DNA of 64,000 nt from Chitinophagaceae bacterium (lineage in GTDB: Bacteria > Bacteroidota > Bacteroidia > Chitinophagales > Chitinophagaceae). The position numbers and the translations under genes are program-made. Of this stretch, positions 57,801 to 64,000 are shown piece by piece. Under the pieces are notes generated by a model that saw nothing but the letters and a program-made list of their open reading frames with translations, had not been told where the DNA came from and made no database searches. Position 1 is the stretch's first letter. Each line of letters begins with the position of its first letter. Location of the stretch: contig JBAZUJ010000014.1 of assembly GCA_041661485.1 (NCBI GenBank), positions 9,102 through 73,101 of the forward strand, written 5' to 3'.

Positions 57801-60800
57801 CTTTCTTTGTTCCGGCTGCATATACACCGGATGGGGACCGCATTTTTGCTATGAATGCTGCTTCATTACTGGGTGTGATTGCATCCTATGATACCAGCGG
57901 ATATCGTTATAGGGACTCCTGTATTAAATTACCCGATTCTGTCGTAAAAGACGGCAAAGTGTACAAGAACTTAAAAAACCTGCCTGTTGAAGTCCTGATT
58001 GAAATTTTCAATGATGACATTGCAGAAGCTCTGCTGCCTTTGCATCCTGAATATTGTAAATTACTGAATTGTAATGATGCTAATTTTGACCAGACCCTGG
58101 CGGAAACGATCAGTTTTCAACAGGCAGAAAACAATAACATGTTTTACCTGGACTCGCTGATAGCCCACGATCCGCTGGTCTTATTGGGAGGTGGTCTTGC
58201 AACAGCACACCGCTTAAAGTACATGAAAGGATTTTTAGGTAAACGAATTGATTCGCTCGCCATGGAGCAAACCTACTGTGGTGCCGGAAACGGGGAAGAA
58301 TACGCCTACTGTGTTGCAAAAGATTATAAGTATCAGATCGACAACTTTATTTTTGCCAGCGATGATATCAGGCAAACTTATTTCACCAATCTGAAAAGCC
58401 TGTATATCGGTAATCGCGCACTGATCAAACAAGGAAAATTAGACTCTACAACTTCTTCATGCGTGAAGTGTGCAAGCAATCGTATGACTCAAAAAGGATT
58501 ACCCGTATTCCACACCCTTGACAGTATGTTTAATTCTGTCGGAATGGGTTCATCATCCGGCGGAGGAGACGGTGATGGAGATGAGCAATTACCTGAATGG
58601 ATGAGGGAGAAGTTTAAAAAAGCAAAAGACAATGACTCTGTGGGCATGTCCACCGTTCCGGGACCACTGAAGGATTCTATGTTTGTGTTAGATTATGATT
58701 TCGCAGAAATTCAGGCCATTTCTGTTAAGAAACATTTGCTCAATTGTACATTGGATACTGCTGTACAAAACAGGATTTATAAAGCAACCATAAATGTACT
58801 GATGAGTGGCAGGAAACTTACACCAGCCATTATGACCAGTATCATCACCGATACAGTTTCCCTGGCTATAACCGATCTTTGCCACCCTTTCCTGGTCGCT
58901 TACGATCTCATTCCGGATACCAGGGAAGCTACTACGCATTATTCATGCGGCACTATAGAACTGTATGAAGGGTTGCGCGATTTTCTGCAAAGGCCACAGG
59001 TGACCAATGAATTGAAAAATGCCACAACTTCGCTCTCAGGAGGAACCTCTGTTCCCGGTCCCTATAATGTATTCGAATCCCAGTTTTCTTCGGGACCCGC
59101 TATTAATGTATCGACCTATATGGACGGTACTTCGCTGGTATGTTCCACCTGTTATGTCAACCTGATTGTTTCTTCCAATCTTAAAACAGATACTTTCCAT
59201 ATCTCTCCTGCAAACTATGGTGCCACACCCGATATTGCAACGTTCCTGAGCAGCGTAAGCCCGGTCAACACAATAGTAAACGCACGTTGCCTCAATAGTC
59301 TGGCAACGGCTATGGCCACCGGTGTGGTGGCAAAAAATACTGCTGTGATTGAGGCCGGACAGGCTTTCACTTCTACTTCGGATGCCTATTTCATCTGGAG
59401 TCACAACACCACTTTTATGGAGGATGCGCCGTCTGTTACCACACTCAAAAACAGTGTTACCTGCCAGGATATAAAAGCCGCGTTGGAAGACTTTAATGCA
59501 GAACAATCCAGCTATGGATATTCGGAGGCTACCAACCATCCTTTGTATGAATATACGGTAACCAACTATCTCAATTTCAAGCTGAATAAAAGCTACTATT
59601 TCGCCGACTACGAAAAATTGATGAATGGTTGCGCGGTTACAGATAAAGTGCTGCTGAAAAGATTAATTACGACCTATAGAATAGAATTCAGTTCTGATGC
59701 GGACGCTACAGGATTTACAACTGCCTTGCACGCTTATGGTGAATATAAACCTGACTATCTGCGATACAAACTCACATCGGGCAATCCGGTTGTGTTCGTC
59801 AACTTCAGTTCTTTAGACAACGATACCTTATTGGCCTATAAGCAAATGATTGACGGATACACCACCGGCGTGGTTTCCCGCAATTATAATTACAATCCTG
59901 CAGATGCCAATACCAATCTTTTGTTTGCGTCATCATCCTGCTCTTTCAATCCTTCATCCTACGCACCGATATACACTACAGACGATGTGGCGGTCTGGGA
60001 AGATGGGGCTTACAATTCCGCTTACAAATTACACACCTTCCGCTTGTCTTTTGCTTCACCCATACAGGAAGCCGATAACCAGGCCGATATCGAAAAATAT
60101 CTCCACGATCTTACGCTGGTTTCTTCTCCGATGTGTAATGTGGGTTATAGCTTTTATGGTCAGGAATTATTCCGCAGCAGCGATTATGCAACAGCATTAA
60201 AAACGGAGTACCTCAATTTTGTCTATGGGCTTTCCGGCACGCACGATGCTATTATAGCAGACATTGACCCGGCCAACCTTCCTGCCAATATACCATCTTA
60301 CTCCGGCTCGATTTTCACCTACGACGATCCTTATTGTCGCGGCAGCCGCACGAACGTGTATGCTTTTAAAACCGCACCATCGCCATTACCTCAGGGTATG
60401 GACTCAATCAGAAACAAGATTTTGGCCAATGTAGGATCTGTATTGTTCCCCAACCAGGATTTTACCTATGTATCCGGAATGGGAAGCCGACTGGCAGTAA
60501 TCCGCAAAGCAAACGGAGACTATTGGTACCGCTATTTCGACCTTGGCAATCACTTATATAATATCTTCATTACACCGCCATCGCGCAGCCTGGGCATCCC
60601 ATGGGAAAATTTCACCTTCTCCCTGTCAGACCTTGAGGCAGGACCGCATCCCAATACTTTTGTTGTAGAGGTTACATCCGGCAGCCATACAGTGAGATGC
60701 AACGGGTACGCTGAATTTATGGTGTCCGACCGCTCGGTTGTAGCCGAAAATGTGATACTCGATAAAGATCCGAAAGGGGTGTATTGCTTTGATAGTCTTG

Positions 60801-63800
60801 ACTGCGAGCACGATCTCCTTGCCAGGGCTATCCGCAATGGGCAGGCTAGTTACCGCAGGCATTTCGATTCTACGGTGAAGCAGATCAGTGGTGATATGAT
60901 GACCCACCTGATGACCACCACTAAGGACTCGCTCGTGTTTTGTGGGCAAAGGCAGCAATACCAGCAGACTTTGTATTATTACGATCTTGCCGGAAACCTC
61001 ACTTCCACGGTGCCACCCGCTGGCATCGAAACCGTGCCTGACAATCGCTTAAATGAAGTCAAAATCAACCGCAGCATTTCAGCGCCCGAAACAGCAATGA
61101 CCACGCATAAAAAAACATCTGTCTACCGCTACAATTCGCTCAATCAGCTGGAGTATCAGCACACTCCGGATGGTGGCACTACGGTGTTCTTTTATGATGC
61201 AGCCGGCCGGCAGATATTCTCGCAAAGCAGCCGGCAAAGGCCTTTTGGTACTTATTCTTACAGCATTTACGATGCACAGGGACGCCCCGAGGAGTCCGGC
61301 GAATTTCAGGCAGGATGTACCTATACACCCGACCCCCTGGTAGACTTCGACACCACCGCATGCACCCTGGGTTCTGTTACCGCCGCACATCCGCCTTTCA
61401 TCCGGTATTCGTTCAATGACATGGTGTATCATTACGATACGCTGAAAAGTATGATACGGGCCAAAGACCGCACAGAAGTGGTACGCACCTCTTATGACGA
61501 AGCACCTATCGACCTCAGCACTATAATCAGCTATCTGCTCAAGGCACAGGAGAATCTCCGCAACAGGGTAGCGGCAATTCAGTACTATGATAACATAGAA
61601 TCATATCTCACTAATCCCTCGCTGCCCGGCCCTACCTTTGCCACTTATTACAGTTACGATATTGGTGGCAATGTCAAAAACATCGTCTACGATTATCCCT
61701 ACCTGGGTCGTTTTCAGCAGCAATTCAAATCCATTGATTATGATTTTGATCTTATCAGTGGAAAAGTAAACATGTTGAGTTACAACCCCGGTTATCCCGA
61801 CCAGTTTTATCAGCAATATGAATATGATGCAGATAACAGGATTACGAAGGTGTTGACAAGTAATGACGGCCTTATCTGGAACAATGATGCGCAGTATGAA
61901 TATTACAAGCATGGGCCGCTGGCGCGCCTGAAACTGGGCGAGCATCAGGTACAGAGCCTGGAGTATGCCTATACCATACAGGGCTGGCTCAAAGCCATCA
62001 ACGGTGACCTGTTGAATCCTGATTTGGAAATGGGTAGCAATGGTCGTAGCGGAGATATGACCTTTTCAAGAGATGTTATAGCACATGCCCTGAGGTATTT
62101 TGAAAAAGACTACAAATCTATCAGCAGTACAGCGGTGACGAATCTTACTGCCAGTACAGCAAAGAACCTGTATAATGGCAACATCACGCAGCAGACCACA
62201 GGGATTGGCGGATTGGGCAATATGCAGCGCGTATATCAGTACGACCAGTTGCAAAGGCTCAAAATGACAGGTAACGTCACAGTGGATGATTATACACCTG
62301 CCCTGGCCTCCACACCTGCCGATTTGTTCAAAAGTACTTATGCCTACGACATGGATGGTAATATCTCCGCCCTTCAGCGCTGGGATGGCACATCGGGCAG
62401 CCCTGTGCAGATCGACAATTTCAGCTATACCTACGATCCTGCCACGCCAAACAACAGGCTGACGCAGGTACGCGACCTGGCGGCTCCTACAGCAGGCACC
62501 GACCTGCAGCCGGGCCAGGTGAGCGACAACTATGTGTACGACCCATCGGGCAACCTGGTGGAAGACAAACAGGCGCAGAGCATCATTGCCTGGGACAGAT
62601 TTGGCAAAGTGAAAAGCATACACCAGAATGCGACCAGCCAGGCAATCAAATTTAAGTACGATGGCAAGGGCAACCGCATATGGAAAGATGTGATAAACCC
62701 TGACCTGGCTATAATAATGGACCCGCCGGAAGTGCACCAGGCGGAATATTATGTACGGGATGCCGGTGGCAACATTTTGGCAACCTATCATACCTGGTTT
62801 AAAGACCAGCCATCCGGACCACTTTCTTACGCGCTGCCCGGCGACACCTTTAGCCTGGCCGAACACCATATCTACGGTAGCAGCCGACTGGGTGTACACC
62901 GCTACGACAGTACCAGCCTTTCTAACAGGATAATGCCCCTGCCGGGCGAAGCTCCGCAAACCGTGCTGAACACACAGGTGCAATGGTACAGCTATGCTTA
63001 TACCGACATGATAGACATTGGCTATACCGAGCCTTATGGCACAGCCGGCAACACATTTTTGGGAGATTTAACAACATCCCGTACCTTAGGGCGTAGATAT
63101 TATGAGTTGACCGACCATTTAGGGAATGTGCTGGCTACCGTGCTGGACAGGAAGACCGGAGCCGGAACGCTATCAGGAAGCAGTGGAACATTGTATGACC
63201 ACTGGTCTGCTGACTTAGCGAGTACGGCTGATTATTACCCGGGTGGTATGATGATGCCGGGAAGGAATACAGAGCATAGCTGGAGCAGGATGGGGTATAA
63301 TGGACAGGCCAAAGATGATGAGGTGTACGGAAAAGGTAATTTGAATACTGCTTTGTTCTGGGAAATGGATACGAGGATATTAAGGAGGTGGAATTTTGAT
63401 CCAGTACTGAAGCCATGGGAAAGTAGTTATGCAGTTTTCGCAAATAGTCCTATAGTAATGGTTGATCCGCTTGGAAATACAAGTTTTTACAACACAAGCG
63501 GGGTATTTATCGGGTCGGACTGGATTAATAATAATATAAAGTTGATGGCAGTAAATGAAGCAACTGTAAAAAATATAATTGCAAATACACAGTTGTCTAT
63601 ATTGGGTTTGCCAGTTGTAAGATATAATGAGCAAAATAAATCCCAATTTGACTTATTTCCCGTTGTTTCAGAGTCTGAGATAGAAGGGATGGAAAAGGTG
63701 TATGATGTCTCATTTTCTAAATCAACAGAAAATGGGATGGTTGGAGGAGCAAATAATAGTGGCGGGAGAAGCGCAAAAGTTAATGTAATGGGATCTCTAA

Positions 63801-64000
63801 ATGCTAGTTTTAATGGAACTGAATTAACAAGATCATTTTATAAATCAGAAAGGAGGCCAACAGAATATGATGGGCATTCTCATCCCCCTATCTTTAGATA
63901 TTTGGGTGACGATAAATTTTCTATATCGAGTTTTACGTCTAGTCTAGCGGATAGAGATGGTGGATTTGGGACTTCCGGTCTTGGTGTTGTTTTTGGTTGG
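54884..64000 (+). CDS. giant RHS/YD-repeat polymorphic toxin precursor (3' end beyond window; at least 3039 codons)
   Basis: Hand translation of the frame from ATG 54884 to base 64000 found no stop codon. Signal peptide MNRRLWLIIGLVLYNSICFAQ. DUF6443-like segment (NWQYTINFAEEGKYKHVINYFDGSLKDRQTQTK...YDYEGRPSLVSLPTP...DPNGQSSYSILDPSGKVV). YD repeats from ~60971 (YYYDLAGNLTST, YRYNSLNQLEYQHTPDGGTTVFFYDAAGRQ, YSIYDAQGRPEE ...). RHS core RRYYELTDHLGNVLA (63092-) ...YYPGGMMMPGR...GYNGQAKDDE...RRWNFDPVLKPWESSYAVFANSPIVMVDPLGN (ends 63478), followed by a C-terminal variable domain. Confidence 0.9.
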   Translation, partial: MNRRLWLIIGLVLYNSICFAQDFKFFPDKFTRRVSSGQIAAGGTFPYLMIQTENDMWGDMTSDPFFDSKHQFKNVEDIVRVGIRHDTGVIIPAYKYQVSFEITCYDYHSPWSPVIKNTTLEFSYNPDSLTQYKDLVLYRFTGYHAIQVTITGIDDVTSGPPSSLVAAAIAKNFYVESEVSVHRYDLTPQFVVMGNNPSPDGKELKVFWEMFDVGSPVTCPLTTPGGGNDFKPAIYELEWCYIDDYQYDFSTNDSSYAFSTPGNINYDFRKNSTRVQISKGRSFSIPLIYEHGAIVYRVRAIRPDATRYKDIEIGGWTLSDYGTVDASASCFSKEGFLITDAHLHDSMNWQYTINFAEEGKYKHVINYFDGSLKDRQTQTKINTDNGYVIAVDKVYDYEGRPSLVSLPTPVYGQDNLQYRSDILLNTATGNPYKAADFDFIGCSRPDSIPYLSTSAQANIYYSPLNSDQADMQKFVPDAEGYPMVQTIYSPDNTNKVLWQGGAGQEQQIWKGHATQYEYSRPNQKEIDRYLGTEVGIAQFYPKQVVTDPNGQSSYSILDPSGKVVISGLQGPSPDSSQIPVDTLANFVRGKSECDDLLEGYTQENSGNSKKAQLPAYNDEYGDGTFKYSVRTFPFDTRCAGQYLWVPAAYTMKVTNDCGVIKNNTTGIAGEHKVTPSDGSAYEVSSQVVTGMSKGNYLVNKELSFSEKEVYNMVDSFVYANEPACYNDVHYFIKKTIDSTKFPCEGFVDTNTSHCDQMKKLMMAEMYPGAKYGKYFKDSSGAFAGGYDNSIFTTKVKPYLTTAPPKSVVKFLARTGCDPTLQDTLAHGSVDTAWKFSTNLIGPYVCSVFDPIRTRDSLTLYGGNITADNTLPAHYNLTAGYTIRHGMYSGAASWKTSVYIDSTVPLDMVYAYFMYDDEAENLIVNGVVNELDHGIYYYSHGYNYNVKGFHHGYNDITVTGYDWLAMPTGVTPEAFFVPAAYTPDGDRIFAMNAASLLGVIASYDTSGYRYRDSCIKLPDSVVKDGKVYKNLKNLPVEVLIEIFNDDIAEALLPLHPEYCKLLNCNDANFDQTLAETISFQQAENNNMFYLDSLIAHDPLVLLGGGLATAHRLKYMKGFLGKRIDSLAMEQTYCGAGNGEEYAYCVAKDYKYQIDNFIFASDDIRQTYFTNLKSLYIGNRALIKQGKLDSTTSSCVKCASNRMTQKGLPVFHTLDSMFNSVGMGSSSGGGDGDGDEQLPEWMREKFKKAKDNDSVGMSTVPGPLKDSMFVLDYDFAEIQAISVKKHLLNCTLDTAVQNRIYKATINVLMSGRKLTPAIMTSIITDTVSLAITDLCHPFLVAYDLIPDTREATTHYSCGTIELYEGLRDFLQRPQVTNELKNATTSLSGGTSVPGPYNVFESQFSSGPAINVSTYMDGTSLVCSTCYVNLIVSSNLKTDTFHISPANYGATPDIATFLSSVSPVNTIVNARCLNSLATAMATGVVAKNTAVIEAGQAFTSTSDAYFIWSHNTTFMEDAPSVTTLKNSVTCQDIKAALEDFNAEQSSYGYSEATNHPLYEYTVTNYLNFKLNKSYYFADYEKLMNGCAVTDKVLLKRLITTYRIEFSSDADATGFTTALHAYGEYKPDYLRYKLTSGNPVVFVNFSSLDNDTLLAYKQMIDGYTTGVVSRNYNYNPADANTNLLFASSSCSFNPSSYAPIYTTDDVAVWEDGAYNSAYKLHTFRLSFASPIQEADNQADIEKYLHDLTLVSSPMCNVGYSFYGQELFRSSDYATALKTEYLNFVYGLSGTHDAIIADIDPANLPANIPSYSGSIFTYDDPYCRGSRTNVYAFKTAPSPLPQGMDSIRNKILANVGSVLFPNQDFTYVSGMGSRLAVIRKANGDYWYRYFDLGNHLYNIFITPPSRSLGIPWENFTFSLSDLEAGPHPNTFVVEVTSGSHTVRCNGYAEFMVSDRSVVAENVILDKDPKGVYCFDSLDCEHDLLARAIRNGQASYRRHFDSTVKQISGDMMTHLMTTTKDSLVFCGQRQQYQQTLYYYDLAGNLTSTVPPAGIETVPDNRLNEVKINRSISAPETAMTTHKKTSVYRYNSLNQLEYQHTPDGGTTVFFYDAAGRQIFSQSSRQRPFGTYSYSIYDAQGRPEESGEFQAGCTYTPDPLVDFDTTACTLGSVTAAHPPFIRYSFNDMVYHYDTLKSMIRAKDRTEVVRTSYDEAPIDLSTIISYLLKAQENLRNRVAAIQYYDNIESYLTNPSLPGPTFATYYSYDIGGNVKNIVYDYPYLGRFQQQFKSIDYDFDLISGKVNMLSYNPGYPDQFYQQYEYDADNRITKVLTSNDGLIWNNDAQYEYYKHGPLARLKLGEHQVQSLEYAYTIQGWLKAINGDLLNPDLEMGSNGRSGDMTFSRDVIAHALRYFEKDYKSISSTAVTNLTASTAKNLYNGNITQQTTGIGGLGNMQRVYQYDQLQRLKMTGNVTVDDYTPALASTPADLFKSTYAYDMDGNISALQRWDGTSGSPVQIDNFSYTYDPATPNNRLTQVRDLAAPTAGTDLQPGQVSDNYVYDPSGNLVEDKQAQSIIAWDRFGKVKSIHQNATSQAIKFKYDGKGNRIWKDVINPDLAIIMDPPEVHQAEYYVRDAGGNILATYHTWFKDQPSGPLSYALPGDTFSLAEHHIYGSSRLGVHRYDSTSLSNRIMPLPGEAPQTVLNTQVQWYSYAYTDMIDIGYTEPYGTAGNTFLGDLTTSRTLGRRYYELTDHLGNVLATVLDRKTGAGTLSGSSGTLYDHWSADLASTADYYPGGMMMPGRNTEHSWSRMGYNGQAKDDEVYGKGNLNTALFWEMDTRILRRWNFDPVLKPWESSYAVFANSPIVMVDPLGNTSFYNTSGVFIGSDWINNNIKLMAVNEATVKNIIANTQLSILGLPVVRYNEQNKSQFDLFPVVSESEIEGMEKVYDVSFSKSTENGMVGGANNSGGRSAKVNVMGSLNASFNGTELTRSFYKSERRPTEYDGHSHPPIFRYLGDDKFSISSFTSSLADRDGGFGTSGLGVVFGW

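Larger units (their letters stand above)
39420..64000. mobile_element. putative integrase-associated genomic island inserted at tRNA-Ser 3' end (right border beyond window)
   Basis: A tyrosine integrase gene starts 250 nt downstream of tRNA-Ser, followed by accessory toxin-type cargo. No second att copy is visible inside the window. Confidence 0.45.

Noticed and set aside
59036-62983. Minus-strand ORFs 59036-59539, 60626-60958, 61079-61432, 61601-61945 and 62066-62983
   Set aside because: All are antisense to the giant RHS ORF, whose YD repeats and RHS core are recognisable. They are Arg/His/Cys/Gly-rich shadows of a long open frame.
42297-64000. Canonical T6SS-delivered RHS effector, T9SS cargo, CDI/TPS system or complete ABC (Tc) toxin
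   Set aside because: No Hcp/VgrG/PAAR/TssBC-like ORFs are in the window, and the RHS protein has a Sec signal peptide. The 2209-aa protein lacks a CHU_C or type-A CTD ending. The barrel protein shows no POTRA repeats, and the giant proteins show no TPS domain or FHA-type repeats. No TcA-sized translocator gene is present. T6SS, T9SS or TcA genes elsewhere in the genome cannot be excluded from this window alone.

Overview
This is a Bacteroidota-type chromosomal segment, judged from T9SS type-B (CHU_C) sorting domains, a GldM-C-like lipoprotein, NamZ/DUF1343, a PcrB-type GGGP synthase and a split PntAA/PntAB/PntB. Bases 1-39.3 kb hold mostly ordinary housekeeping genes: lysS, murB, tpiA, rpmE type B, pntAB, a RelA/SpoT homolog, mscL, tatD, an ABC-F ATPase and a DEAD-box helicase. 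This part also carries tRNA-Glu(UUC) on the minus strand and tRNA-Ser(GGA) on the plus strand. The character changes at tRNA-Ser. A tyrosine integrase (39697-40923) is followed by a >22 kb, same-strand, tightly packed operon (42297 to beyond 64000). The operon encodes a 972-aa putative outer-membrane beta-barrel protein with a Lys-rich coiled-coil middle, a 388-aa secreted beta-rich protein, a Skp/OmpH-like chaperone and a lipoprotein. It also encodes a 2209-aa secreted protein with an SpvB/TcB-like N-terminus, a 235-aa secreted protein, and a giant RHS/YD-repeat polymorphic toxin of at least 3039 codons. The RHS ORF is absent from the supplied ORF track because it has no stop codon inside the window. 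Every product carries a Sec-type signal peptide, and no T6SS, TPS/CdiB or T9SS-CTD hallmarks are visible. I consider this locus the best candidate for an undescribed RHS-toxin export/delivery system. Secondary oddities are: two about 92-nt direct repeats ending in intrinsic terminators, with one compensatory base-pair change (30139-30610); a degenerate 21-bp tandem array with heptad coding potential (12886-13140); an in-frame G13 homopolymer inside a SemiSWEET-like gene (5423-5435); an AT-rich two-gene ParB/Srx-like + HAD-like cassette (11773-12699); and a long structured leader upstream of the island operon (41950-42093). No CRISPR array, rRNA or transposase was seen.
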